A DNA stretch of 64,000 nucleotides, taken from Basidiobolus meristosporus CBS 931.73 (Eukaryota; Fungi; Basidiobolomycota). The notes under the pieces were generated by a model. The model had not been told where the DNA came from, searched no databases, and saw only the letters and a program-made list of their open reading frames with translations. Shown here in pieces: positions 1 through 13,354 of the stretch (the stretch's first letter is position 1; each line of letters begins with the position of its first letter). Both the position numbers and the translations under genes were made by a program. Location of the stretch: the NCBI GenBank assembly GCA_002104905.1, contig MCFE01000120.1:97999-161998 (forward strand), given 5' to 3'.

Positions 1-1100
1 CAGCAGATTCAGGTTGATGAGAATCAGTGGCCAGCAGGACTCACTGGTAGTGCCAAGGCAAAGGCATGGTTGTACATACCTTCAAATTAGCCCTTGCTTC
101 TTAGCTGTTTGTAATGTGTGCCATTGAGTATATCTAATATATCTGCACTTGATTGATACTAAGTATGCAACTTTATTGCTTCACAATATTTGTTGGACTG
201 CATGAGACTTCTTTATATGACATATAACTGGAATATATCCAGAGTGTGTACCATGTATTCTCGTAATGGTGGCATATTTCTGACAAGTTGCATACCTTGC
301 AATGGTGATAATTTCTGATGTGAATACCATGCAAATGTCAACACATGCTGGTCTCAGGATGGTCTCTGGGTCATATGCTGCCAGCTGCAAGATTGTTTTC
401 CACTTATACCATGTATATGGTAAGTTTCATCCTGGGATGATTTTGGCAAGTAGTAATAGGAAAATACTTGTTGCCCTCATTACTGATATTAGTGGAAGCA
501 TGCCACCTCTCTAACCACAATAATACATCAATCACCAGTAGATGGATTACTGGGCTCACTTGACTGCATAAAGTATCCTTACCATTTTCTTCCACAGGTG
601 TTGTCTCATTGCTTAATGGGACTTTGCTAGGTTCATGCAGAGTACTGTTGTTATGAAAGATAGGCTCAAAATCCATCATTGAGCCTGCTTCTTCAGAGTT
701 ATCACTCTGCATGCCATATTCAGAAGGCTGTGGTGAGCTTAAAGGTGTCACAAACTCTCCTGACTCAGTTTGTGCAAGGTGACAAGCACTGCCAGATGCT
801 GTTGTAGAAGTATTGAGTGTCCAGCAAGATATTGCTAGTACAGTAGTCAGTGGTGAATGGTCAAATATGACTTGCATTACAAACACAGGCTGTGCTCCTT
901 GTGATACTTCCTATGCTGTCTGCATGCTTCATGGCTGAGAGGCTTATTACAATAGCCACATGGACTTTTCTCTCTTCTCTAACGGTGTTGAATCAAAGTA
1001 ATCTTATCCATGGGACAAACACTTTGCACTCAACAACATAATACCATTATGTCCCTTTTTGTCAATACTGATGTGAACTTACGACAGTTTTGTATCTGAT
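1..1100 (-). mobile_element. Degenerate CACTA/En-Spm (tnp2-like) transposase remnant, runs off the left edge
   Basis: Manual minus-strand translation across frameshifts gives ACVDICMVFT..HCKVCNLS (~290-350), DILDILNGTHYKQLRSKG (~92-150) and SCWPLILINLNL (~2-40), matching the tnp2 motifs C..GC..F..C..C, D(I/V)FDG..Y and (S/T)WP.ILIN.NLP. The left-to-right extent is approximate. Confidence 0.55.
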
Positions 1101-1606
1101 ACATTGCACAAACATGAATGTAAGATTCAAAGATGACCTACCATAGTAAGCATTTTAAATAAAGCTGTGGCACCACATGCACATGTATATGTAGCATCAT
1201 TTCCCCTTTGGTTTGACTCACCTCCATACATATGCCACCAAAAGATAAAGTAAAGTCATCTGGCGCCCAACCAAACCCCATTGCTGACAGCAGCAGAAGA
1301 ATGGTTGGACAACAGCCTGCTTTGACATTTAGTGCAACAAGCAGAGCTATAATCAAAAAAGGTCCTGTGGACAGTTTGCCCAGCAGTGGGAATAAAGCAT
1401 ACTCCTCAGGCTTTCAGTCCAGTTGGCAATTTGGGATATCTGTGGAGCCATAAGCTGACCATATGGCTGAAACAGATGAGAATGTGGCAAAAGTGGTATC
1501 CTCCGTTCAAGACCAGCAAGTGGCCATCATAATACAACCACCACCCATATTAGCAACTATGCTGTCAGCTCATACCAAAGCATTAATAGGCAATTAGGTG
1601 CAGCAG

Positions 1607-2673
1607 TGTGTTGGTGCATAGGTCCAAGGGAGAAATATGTCCAACACTTCTTAAGTGTTTTGTGTGTGGGGTGTTCACTGGGTGCAATAACCTCTGGCAA
1701 ACCCTGCTAGGAATACTTGTCTTCTGTCTCTAATCTATTGTGAAGGGGAATAAAGCCTCAAGCTTGTCAAAAGAAAACTTTTGAGCTAAAATCCCCAACT
1801 TAGTTGGCGTCTTAACAAATGTATATGCTGGGTTCAGTGTCCTTTGTGATGACAATGTACTAAAGCTTCCAAAGTCAATACAACTGTAAACTCCACCAGC
1901 AGGGACCTGATAAAAATGCAGCTGTGGTCAATAGTCACAAAGACAGAAAAGTGTCTTTGCCTGTACAAGAACAAACCTTGCAAGGAATCAAATATAATAA
2001 AGATACCTACTCTGGGTATTCCTCACAAGTAGTGCCTCCAAGGTCAGTTGGATGTCAGCGTGGTCTCCTGGGAGTGTCCTGTGGTCTGGGGTTGGAAGTT
2101 CAGGTAGCAGCATGTAGCAGTGATCACACTAATCAGCAAGTCAGTATATTGATAAAGGGATGATGATTTATTGTTGAGGGATTGCCTCCCTCATATACTT
2201 TTCTTACTGGCTAAGTGATTACTAATCATGATGTCCCAAAAGGTTCTAGATATCAATAAATATCTTAATGACATCAGAATGACCTAATAATTTTCTAAGT
2301 GGACACCCGAAGGCTCTAAGAGGCACTGCATATCCAACCAATCAGGAATCAGTATTCTGTAGCTTGTGCAACATAGAGATACCGTATATGGTATGAAAAT
2401 GGTAGGGATGGTGACACGGGTTGACCATGTGTCACAGGTACTGGTACAGGTACTTGCCTAATATAGAAGCACTTGTAGCTACTAATCTTACATATAGTGA
2501 GGGGTAACTTATGCAATAAGTTAAGCAGGGGTTATAGTCAACTGGCTTATGGGATAGTACTGATCACGTAAGACAAATGGGATAAAACCAAAGTAAGTGT
2601 GGTAGAGATATAGGGAAGTAGAAATATGGGAACAAGCACATCTGTCAGTGGGTGTCACTGCTACCCCACTACA
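1607..2673 (-). mobile_element. Solo LTR, gypsy family B (~1.07 kb), older copy
   Basis: Homologous end to end with LTRs 7837-8907 and 12285-13354; termini TGTGTTGG...CCCCACTACA; flanks AGCAG / GTGGC, so no TSD. Confidence 0.85.
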
Positions 2674-5290
2674 GTGGCTGATAGGATAGATGCAATGGCC
2701 CAGAGAAATCAGAAAGTAGTTTAGAAGCAGGATGAGCAGATAAAAGGTATGGAGCAATCAATATTTCAGTTAGAGCAAGCAGTGTCCTTGCTGCAAAGAA
2801 GGAACTCAAGTAGCTCAATGTCACAGCCAAGAATTAAGCCATTTCCCTGTGTGACAGCAGAGGAACACTGTACAGTGTTTGAAGCACAAAAACACTCCCC
2901 AAAGATAAAGCCTACAGAAAAAATATCACAGCATGGGAGGTAGAAGATATAGTGTTTATACCAAAGCCCAAAATCAAAAGACATTGAAGATCCATGCAGC
3001 TGTTAAGTGTAATGATGAAGAGTGGGCTAGTATTCAAGTGGTCACCAAAGGTCTAGTATGAAAACACTGTAAGGCCAGCATATAATTAAACTATCAGGAA
3101 CTTAAGGCCCAGCAGAATGCACTTGACTTGCTCCATGAGAATTATCTTGGATTCAAACAAGCAAATGGCTTTTGGGCAAGCATTGCTATGCTAAGAAAGT
3201 TACTCAAGAATAGTGGAAACTATCAAAGGCAGAAAAACAAGTGTGAAATGGCTAAAAACTAGCAGCCTCCTCAAGAGCCTGTTAGAAGCAGATCCAAATG
3301 CTTCAAACAGGCATCAAAGAGGCATCAGGTAGCTGGAAGAGTGTCAAAAAGGGAAAGGCAGGCAGACACAGAATCACAAGCACAGCATATACCAAGGAAA
3401 AAGTGTAGTTCTACTCAAGAAGCACTCAGTCAAAGCAGCAGTGAAGGACCTGGCAGTGATAAACACAGGCAGTGTAGTAGGGTCACAGTGACATCAACTG
3501 ACAGATGTGCTCATTCCTGTATTTTCTACTTCCCTATATCTCTACCACACTTACTTTGGTTTTGTCCCATTTGTCTTACGTGATCAGTACTATCCCATAA
3601 GCCAGTTGACTATCACCCCTGCTTACCTTATTGCATAAGTTACCCCTCACTATATGTAAGATTAGTAGCAACAAGTGCTTCTATATTAGGCAACTCTACT
3701 GCACTTATTGTATTTTTATCACATTTGTCCTACTTGAACAGTACTATCCATAAGCTGGCTGACTATGACACCTGCTTACCTTATTGCATAAGTTATCCCT
3801 CACATTATGTAGGACTACCAGCTGTAAGTGCTTCTATATTAGGCAGCACCTGCTGCCATACCTGTGAGATATGGTCAGCCTATGCCACCATCCCTACCAT
3901 TTCTATACCATATATGGTATCCCTACATTACACAGGTTTCCAAATACTGGTTCCTGATTGGTTGGATGTGCAGTGCCTCTTAGAACCTTCTGGCACCTAC
4001 TTAAAATGCTCTTAGCTCATTCTGATATCATTAAGATTTCTATAGATCTCCAGAACTTTCTGGAACACCATTATTAGTAATATTTTAGCCAGTGAGAAAA
4101 GTATATCAGGGAGGTAATTCCTCAACAATCAATCATCATCCCTTTTATCAATATTCCAACTTTTTGATTAGTGTGATCACTGCTATCTGCTGCTACCTGA
4201 ACTGCCAACCCCAGACCACAGGACACTCCCAGGAGACCACGCTGACAGCCAACTGACCTTGGAGGCACTACTTGTGAGGAATACCCAGAGTAGGTATCTT
4301 TTATTATATTTGATTCCTTCCCAAGTTTGTTCTTGTACAGGCAAAGATACTTTTCTGTCTTTGTAGCTATTGACCACAGCTGCATTCTTATCAAGTCCCT
4401 TCTGGTCAAGTTTATAGTTGTTTTGACTTTGGAAGCTTTAGTATATTGTCATCTCAAAGGACAAGGAAGCAAGCACATACTTTTGTTACAATGCCAACTA
4501 AGTTGGGGATTCTAGCTCAAAGGTTTTCCCTTGTCAAGCTTGTGGCTTTATTCCCTATCACAATAGATTAGAGACAGAACCCATGTATTCCTTGTAAGCT
4601 TTTGCCAGAGGTTATTGCACCCAGTGAACACCCACACACATAATACTTGAGAAGTGATGGGTGTATCTCTCCCTAGCCCAGGACAGACTGAATTCTATGA
4701 TAGCCAAGAAGAGTTACCAACATGAAAGCAGCTGTTTTCACAATAGTTGGCAGTGCAGCCAGTTAGCTACACTTCAGTGAGGTAGATGAGTTTGTGGAGA
4801 AAGGCAATTTGTCTACTACAGCCTCCATGTCCTCCATTGTTGACAGTGCAGATATCCCACTGACAGACAAAGGAGCAACATCAAGAACTCAAAAGGTTAT
4901 CACACTGCCTTTGATAAAATTTTGGTATGTCAATAGGCACACCAAGAGGTTGTAGCACTTCTTCAAAAGCAGTGCTCAAGAAAACGCACTTGAATATTGC
5001 AATGACTTTTTACAAAGACTGGCAGATAGGGAGCTAGACCTTACAGTGCCAGCTGAAAACCAGGACATGTGGGAGCCAGTAAGGAACAGTGGCATGAAGC
5101 CATTACATTCCTGCCAAAGTCATAGAAAGAGAGTGGTATAGCAGAAATTCTTATTGAGTGGTGGATTTTAATGGAGTTGCTTGTTGAGCATGGGGTTGGG
5201 CTTAATGTTAGTGTAGGGTATAGTGACTTATATAGGTCAACACACTTGACAATGGAGGTACAACTGAAGTTCCCACAGAAATTAATCAAT
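2674..5290 (+). repeat. Unclassified degenerate repeat C (gag/ORF1-like), interrupted by an inverted LTR B
   Basis: 3324-3470 and 4675-5290 are homologous to 15821-16864; broken plus-strand ORFs; CpG-depleted. Confidence 0.55.
3473..4674 (+). mobile_element. Inverted LTR B copy, one end truncated, with ~154-bp internal tandem duplication
   Basis: Reverse complement of LTR B starting TGTAGTAGGG; ~20 nt missing at the far end; AGTACTATCC(C)ATAAG at 3586 and again at 3740. Confidence 0.85.
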
Positions 5291-5612
5291 TCTTAGTGCT
5301 GAAGAATAAGAGAAACAGTTGAGTCTGGTAGTAGGGAGTGTAAAAAGAGGCAATAGCCAATCAATGCACACAAACATAGAAGGCACTACAGTGTCCAGGA
5401 TCAGAAAGTGAGAAAATTGCCAGAGAACCAAGCAAAAGCCACTTTTGTATTGTAAGGATGAGAAATTTTGACCAGCTTTTTTATGATATCCGGGGTGCTA
5501 CTATTTTTTGAAAGCCTTTGCATGTTGTCCTGATGGAATCAATACCTCTTAGTCATGGGACTTAGAATTTGTGGCAGCCTTTTGATGGGATTGTTACAAC
5601 AACTCTTCATAG

Positions 5613-5962
5613 TGTTGTAAGAGTCTTGGAGATATTGGAGGTGATTTGGAGAACAAGTAGATTATGCGATTATCACTTAATGATTTATTGAATGTAAAAG
5701 TAGTATTTATACTTTTACCTGGTGTTGGCATTACAAACATCTAGAATTGGTTAAAGAAGGTCCCAAGAGCATGTGTGCAAAGTTTAGGGCTGTTTGGACA
5801 ACTTTGTGAATTTTCATATTCTGGGTACCTGGTATTTAGGTGAAAATATTCTAAGTAAATCCTGACAAGGAATTTTGGTCAGTACTCTCTAGGATTTGAA
5901 GGTGATGATCTAAGTGACTAAGTTAGGAGAATATTTGGGTGTAAATATGAATTTTTTCAACA
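5613..5962 (-). repeat. 3' LTR of copia element 1
   Basis: 350 bp, TG...CA, next to the PPT (GAGTAGGAG on minus). Confidence 0.9.
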
Positions 5963-5973
5963 CTCCTACTCAG

Positions 5974-6753
5974 CTAAATGTTCATACTGACTAGTCCTAA
6001 TTTTGACCTAAGATATTCAAACTTGTCTCTAGCTAATGGTTTTGTAAATATGTCTGCAATTATTTCATCTGTAGGACAGTAAACTAAGCTAATTAAGTTA
6101 TTCTCTATAGCTTCACATATGAAATGATGTCTAATATCTATGTGCATGGCTCTGGCATGAAAAGTTGGATTTCTACCTAATTGTATACATCCTTGATTAT
6201 CTTGAAATAAAGTAATAGACGTTTTTTGACATAGGCCTAAATCTTTAAAAAGCTTTCTTAACCACATTACTTCTTTTGTAGCTTCACAGGCTGCCATATA
6301 CTCTGCCTCTGTGGTGGAAAGTGCTATGGTTGGTGGCTTTCTTGAATTCCATGAAATTGCTCCTTTAGAGTAAAGAAAGGTGTATCCTGTGGTGGATCTT
6401 CTGTCTTCTAAATTTGGTCCCCAATCAGCATCAGAGTATCCCAAACAATCCTGTTCTGAATCCTTATAAGTGTATCTTAAGCAGATATCAGCAGTTCCTC
6501 TTAGGTATCTGAAAATCCGCTTAACTGCTGCAATATGATCAGATCCATAGTTCTGATTATGTTGGCTAACAACTCCTACTGAGTATGAGATATCTGGACG
6601 TGTTCCAAGCATGATATACATCAGACTGCCAACCATAGATTGATAAGGAAAGTCAGGGCTTTTAGATGGCACCAAGGTCTCTTGATTTGGTTGAGTTTTG
6701 ACCAAGTTGAGGCTTGTCTCCATTGGGGTAGCTGCCAGTTTACAGTCTTCCAT
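5974..6753 (-). pseudogene. Copia RT C-terminus and RNase H fragment
   Basis: YQSMVGSLMY, TRPDIS, GYSDADW, STTEAEY, DIFTKPL motifs; preceded by an in-frame TAA. Confidence 0.9.
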
Positions 6754-7836
6754 TTAGTACTTCTTTGGTATATCTTGAATATACTTGGATTAGCTTAGGC
6801 TGATAATCTGGGTACTTCTGTCTATGGTGAACTTAATCCCTAAGTAGTAACTAAGTTCTCTTAGATTGGACATCTTGAACTCTTTAGATAGGCTGGATTT
6901 AGTCTCTTCCAATGTTGCTAGATTATTGGCGGTTATAATAAGATCATCCTCATATAGAGCTAATAGAACTGGAGTTGCTCTATCTGGTTTATAGTATATA
7001 CTATAGTCAGCATTACTCCTTGTGAAACTTAAAGATTCCAAATAAGAATCTATCTTGCAATTCCAAGCTCTTGGTGATTGTTTGAGACCATATAGTGACT
7101 TTTTAAGCTTGCAGACCAAATAGGGGTTATCTTAGTCAGCAAGCCCATCAGGCTGGTCCATATACACATCCTCATCAGGTTCTTCATTCAAAAATGCAGT
7201 TTTTACATCCATTTGATGAATAAAAAACTTACATTTGGCTGCAATTGCCAAAGTTAATCTGATGGAATTAAACTTGGCTACTGGTGCAAAGGTCTCAGTA
7301 TAGTAAAGTCCTTTTGTTCAAGAGTATCCTTTGACTACAAGTCTTGCTTTGTATCTTTCAATTGTACCATCAGCCTTGTATTTTGTCTTGAAGACCCATC
7401 TGCATCCAATTGATTTTTGGTTGATTGGTAATTTGACCAAGTCCCAAGTTTGATTTTGCATCAGGGCCTGATATTCCTCAGTCATTGCAGATCTCCAAAA
7501 CTTTGTCTGAGGGCTATTTAGGGCCTCTTTTACAGTCAGGGGCTCATCAATATGAACTGAATAGGCATAGGCTAAGTTTGTACCCTCATTGATAGAGTAA
7601 TTTGAGCTATTTCTTGTCCGATTAGATCTCTGGGCATTTGATACTGGAACAATTACTTCTGGGATATTCCTGGGCACTGATTCTGGCTGAACCATGGTTG
7701 TAGAGTCCTCTGGAGTGAAAAAATTATCATTGTTTTGCTCTGATGCAATCCTGACAATTGGTGGACTTGAGATCAAATTTTTGTCATCATCTGATGCCAT
7801 TTTTTGTGAAAATTTTGAATTTTCATCAAACAATGC

Positions 7837-8907
7837 TGTGGTGGTGTATAAGTCCAAGGGAGAGATACATCCAACACTTCTCAAGTGTTTTGTGTGTGGG
7901 GTGCTCACTGGGTGCAATAACCTCTGGCAAAAGCTTGCTAGGAATACTTGGGTTCTGCCTCTAATCTAATGTGAATGGGAATAAAGCCACAAGCTTGTCA
8001 AGGGAAAACTATTGAGCTACAATTCCCAACTTAGTTGGCGTCTTAACAAAAGTATGGGCTGGGTTCAGCGTACTTTGAGATGGCAATGCACTAAAGCTTC
8101 CAAAGTCAAAACAACTGTAAACTCCACCAGCAGGGACTTGATAAGAATGCAGCTGTGGTCAATAGTTACAAAGACAGAGAAGTATCTTTGCCTGTACAAG
8201 AACAAACTTGAGAAAGAATCAAATATAATAAAAGATACCTACTCTGAGTATTCCTCACAAGTAGTGCCTCCAAGGTCAGTTGGCTACCAGTGCGGTTTCC
8301 TGGGAGTGTCCTGTGGTCTGGGGTTGGAAGTTCAGGTAGCAGCAGATAGCAGTGATCACACTAATCAACAAGTTGGAATATTGATAAAAGGGATGATGAT
8401 TTATTGTTGAGGGATAGCCTCCCTTATATACTTTTCTTACCGGCTGAGTGATTACTAATCATGGTGTTCCAGAAGGTTCTGGATATCAATAGAAATCTTA
8501 ATGACATCAGAATGACCTAAGAATGTTCTAAGTAGGTGCCAGAAGGTTCTAAGAGGCACAGCACATCCAACCAATCAGGAATCAGTATTCTGAAACCAGT
8601 GTAACATAGGGATACCTTATATGGTATGGAAATGGTTGGGATGGTGACACGGGTTGATCATGTGTCACGGGTACTGGTGCGGGTACTTGCCTTATATAGA
8701 AGTACTTATAGCTAGTAATCTTACATAAAGTGAGGGGTAACTTATGCAATAAGGTAAGCAGGTGTGATAGTCAACCGGCCTATGGGATAGTACTGATTGG
8801 GTAAGACAAATGGGATAAAACTAAAATAAGTGTAGTAGAGATATAGGGAAGTAGAAAATAAGGGAATGAGCACATCTGTCAGTGGGTGTCACTGTCACCC
8901 CACTACA
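7837..8907 (-). repeat. 3' LTR of the gypsy element
   Basis: 1071 bp, TGTGGTGG...CCCCACTACA. Confidence 0.93.
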
Positions 8908-11900
8908 TCCACCCCCCTCTCAGCTTTGAACTTGGATCAAAGCAAACTAATCTTGATGTGCAAAATTCCTATGCTTGAATAACTTAAGTTGGTTTCCAGC
9001 AACTGGTGCTCTCAACTGGGTGTTGTCAAGCTCAGATATGTAATAACTTCCATTTCCAATCACTTTGGAAATGAGGTAGGGGCCAGTCCATTTGTTGTCA
9101 AACTTGTGGCTCCATTGTTTGTCCAAGGTGGAATCATAGAGTAGTACTGGGTCTCCTAGTGATAGTGGTTTTGGTCTTGTTGGGTGAGATTTGTCAAAGG
9201 GCACCTTGTTCTTTAGTTGTGTATCCTTAAGTTGTTCAGCAGCTCTGCTAATATTCAAGTCATGGTGATCAAGTTGCTGTATGCAAGTTGCAAGGTGGGC
9301 TTCAGTCTGCATATTGGATCTCCAATTCAATGAGTTCCAAGTGACTGTGTTTAACTCAACTGGTAGTATGCAGTCATGTCCATAGAGTAGCTTGAATGGC
9401 AATAATCCAGTTGTTTGCTTGGTAGTAATTCTATCTGCCCAGAGTGCTAGATGTAATTGCTGTGGCCACAGTGTTGTGTTATTCTCACAGGTCTTGACAA
9501 GAGAGTTCACCAATGGTCCATATCCTCTCTCTATCATTCCATTGGCTTGAGGGTGGTAAGCTGTTGTAAAAGCAATGTGTATCTTGTACTTTGAGCACAA
9601 CTCCTTGATCATTTGGGATGTCATCTCTCCTCTGTCAGCAACAAACTGCTGGATGCAGCCAAATCTGCAGATGATGTCTTCAAGTGTAAATCTCCATATG
9701 GTATGGCTCTTGTTGTTGGGCAAGGCTTAAGCCTCTGCCCATCCACTAAGGTCATCTCTAGCAACAATCAGGTACTTTTTTGATCCAGCTGTTGGCATGT
9801 GGACAAGGTCAATACCAACCTTTTGCCATAGACAGATTGTGTAAGTAGGATGCAGTGGTTCTTCATAACGCTTGGAGGATCTCTTCTGGCAAGCTACACA
9901 TGACTCAACAAAGTGCTGGATATCATAGTACATGTTTTCCCAGTAGTACCTCTGAGCTGTGGTATTGTAGGTGGCTTCTTGTCCTCTATGTCCTCCTGGT
10001 TTTCCTTGGTGGATGCTTGTCATGATGTTCAGTTGCTCTTGAGGGGTAGTGACTACTCTTCTTGGCATAAGTCCAGACTTCACTTGCTCAAAGAGAAGAT
10101 CATCTTTAAGATAGTAGTGATGTGCCTTCTTCCTGAGTTTTCTAATCTCCTGAATTTCCATCCAACTAGGTTTCTTAAGTGTCCTTAGATATTCCTTGAT
10201 CAGACTCCAGGTAGTTCTCTCTTGGTCTTTGATGGCAATCTGTTGGATCTCTGCATCAATAAAATCATCAAAGTGAGGGTCCAAGTCTTCAAATAATTGT
10301 GGTCCTTTCCTGGAGAGTGCATCAGCCACAACATTTGTCTTGCCAGGGATATGTTTGACCTCAAAGTCAAACATTTTCAGCCATGCCATCCATTGGTTTG
10401 TGGCATCATCAGGTAGGTCAGGCTTGTTGATCATTCCTATAAGTGGCTTGGCATCTGTCTCCAGGATAAAATGTGTCATGTAGAGTTGTGACTTCAGTTT
10501 CCTCAGCATCTTCACAACTCCTAGTAGTTCTCTCTTAATCTGTGAGTATCTTTGCTCTCTAGGAGAGAATAGGCAGCTCTCATATCTGCAGGCATAGCGG
10601 TTGCCATCTTCATCATCTTGTCCAAGTAGTGCTCCAGCTCCTATGGGGCTTGCATCCACTGTCAAAATAGGTGGGCATTCAGTGTTTTAATAGTCAAGAG
10701 GTCTTAGAACTGGTGGAGATACTAAGGCCTCTTTCAGTAATTGCATGGCTTCTTCTTGCTCTTCTCCCCAGATAAATGGGGTGTTCTTTCTCTGTAGTTG
10801 GTAAAATGGTTCTGCTATCTCAGATAATCTTGGGATCCAGATCCTAAAGAACCCACAAGCAGCCACAAAGCCATGAGCTTGTGTGAGATTTGTGGGGGTA
10901 GGCCAGTTGCATATCTTTTGTGTCTTGGAGTCTCCAGGTGAACGACCAAAGGTGTTGCATTTTTGTCCAACAATGGATATCTCTGATACACCAAAGCTGC
11001 TTTTCTCACCACTGATGGTGAGTCCAGCTTCTTCAATGGCTCCTAATATGGCATCATTGTCTGCAATATGGTCATAAACAAACTTTCTTACTCCAGGCAT
11101 AACTTCAGTGGTGTCCCGGAATTTTGGTCCTTTGATGCCTATGTCATCCACAAAGACAGCAAGTTTCCCAGGTATAAACTGATACAGCACATTTACCATG
11201 CATCTCTGGAACTGAGCCACGGAGTTTGTAGCCCCTTGGCTGAGTCTTGTCATCCTCAACAGTCCAAATGGTGTCTGTAGTGCAAACATATCTCTTGATA
11301 TCTCATCAAGGGGGATCTAGTCATATCCTGAGTAGAGATCATATGTTGAGTAGATGGAGTGGCCACTAAAGCTTTCTGCAAAGTCATCAATAGATGGAGG
11401 TATAGCAGCATCTCTGATAGTGACAGCATTTGCAGGTTGCATGTCTTGAATGAATTGGAGCTTTCCATTCTTCTTTTTGGTCACAAACCATCTGTTAGCA
11501 TAGGGTCCATGGCAAGGTTCTAGGATACCAGCTTCTATCTTCTTCTTAAGTAGGTCATGCACATCAGCTTGGAGTCCCCTGGGCAGTGGGTAAGGCTTAA
11601 ATGACCAGGGTGTGTGGGGCACTGTATGAAACTTGATGGGTTTTTCAACCAATGTCTTTAAGAGTCCCATCTCCTTGTCATTATATGAGAAGACCTTGTC
11701 ATGCCTTTTCAAGGTCTCCTTGAATAATAGTATCTCCTCTGGTGTTAGGTTTCCATCACCAATGATAAGTTGCTTAGGTCTCTCAGGTGTAAGTTGTATA
11801 TCATCTGGTGTTTCTTCTGGTGGTCTAATATAATCAGCGGGTCAAGATCCATCAGTCAGTGGGGTAAGTGATGGTCTAATCTTCTGTTCTACTGTCTTGT

Positions 11901-12284
11901 ATTTTGCTTGAACCATAGCTGTTTGCTCCTGTATATCTAATGAGCAGCTCCAAATGTTGGGGTGTATATTGTCAGGCTCTTCATCTTCTTCCATAACAAG
12001 ATGTGCCTTCTGGCAAGCAGTATGTGTCCTCTTATTGTTGGGTGTTACACCACAAAAGGTTGACTGTAGTCCTGGATTGGATCCTTGTATGGTGTACCAT
12101 ACTGACCCATTGGAATAGTTGGTAGTTGTAGCCTTAGTACTGGTTTCCCTTGGTCTACCTAGCAGAAGGTCAAAGTTTGCCTTCTGGCAGATGAAGAGGG
12201 GAAGCCAGACCTTGATTCCTTGTACCTCAATAGGAAACTCGTGTACTACACCATAGAGTGGACTAGATCCTGAGTTTGCATTGG

Positions 12285-13354
12285 TGTGGTGGTGTATAGG
12301 TCCAAGGGAGAGATACATCCAACACTCTCAAGTGTTTTGTGTGTGGGGTGTTCACTGGGTGCAATAACCTCTGGCAAAAGCTTGCTAGGAATACTTGGGT
12401 TCTGTCTCTAATCTAATGTGAAGGGGAATAAAGCCACAAGCTTGTCAAGGGAAAACTATTGAGCTACAATCCCCAACTTAGTTGGCATCTTAACAAAAGC
12501 ATGTGCTGGGTTCAGCGTCCTTTGAGATGACAATGTACTAAAGCTTCCAAAGTCAAAACAACTGTAAACTCCACCTGCAGGGACTTGATAAGAATGCAGC
12601 TGTGGTCAATAGTTACAAAGACAGAAAAGTATCTTTGCCTGTACAATAACAAACATGGGAAAAAATCAAATAAAATAAAAGATACCTACTCTGAGTATTC
12701 CTCACAAGTAGTGCCTCCAAGGTCAGTTGGCTGCCAGTGCGGTTTCCTGGGAGTGTCCTGTGGTCTGGGGTTGGAAGTTCAGGTAGCAGCAGGTAGCAGT
12801 GATCACACTAATCAACAAGTTGGTATATTGATAAAAGGGATGATGATTTATTGTTGAGGGATAGCCTCCCTTATATACTTTTCTTACCGGCTGAGTGATT
12901 ACTAATCATGGTGTTCCAGAAGGTTCTGGATATCAATAGAAATCTTAATGACATCAGAATGACCTAAGAATGTTCTAAGTAGGTGCCAGAAGGTTCTAAG
13001 AGGCACAGCACATCCAACCAATCAGGAATCAGTATTCTGAAACCAGTGTAACAGGGGGATACCATATATGGTATGGAAATGGTAGGGATGGTGACCCGGG
13101 TTGATCATGTGTCACGGGTACTGGCGCGGGTACTTGCCTAATATAGAAGTACTTATAGCTAGTAATCTTACATAAAGTGAGGGGTAACTTATGCAATAAG
13201 GTAAGCAGGTGTGATAGTCAACCGGCTTATGGGATAGTACTGATTGGGTAAGACAAATGGGATAAAACTAAAATAAGTGTAGTAGAGATATAGGGAAGTA
13301 GAAAATAAGGGAATGAGCACATCTGTCAGTGGGTGTCACTGTCACCCCACTATA
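12285..13354 (-). repeat. 5' LTR of the gypsy element
   Basis: 1070 bp, highly similar to 7837-8907. Confidence 0.93.

Larger units (their letters stand above)
7837..13354 (-). mobile_element. Ty3/gypsy element (family B), lacking PBS and gag, nested in copia element 1
   Basis: LTRs 7837-8907 and 12285-13354; 4-bp TSD ATGC (7833-36, 13355-58); PPT AGAGGGGGGTGGA at 8908-8920; order protease (DLLLGRP), RT (VFVDD), RNase H (TVDAS, ETDAKPL), integrase (GHRG, CVAC, HPQANGMIER); several single in-frame stops. Confidence 0.95.

Noticed and set aside
1100-1606. Possible RNase H or pol relic
   Set aside because: Only a weak DA..G-like match; not enough to call
6754-7134. Shared in-frame TAA codons as evidence of a reassigned genetic code
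   Set aside because: Host genes (FAH, HAD) end in TAA, and a sister copy has CAA at another such site
8012-8410. Recurrent ~90-130 aa ORF in LTR B copies (also 1924, 4122, 12585)
   Set aside because: Recurs only because the LTR is repeated; antisense to the element, frameshifted in one copy, no recognisable domain
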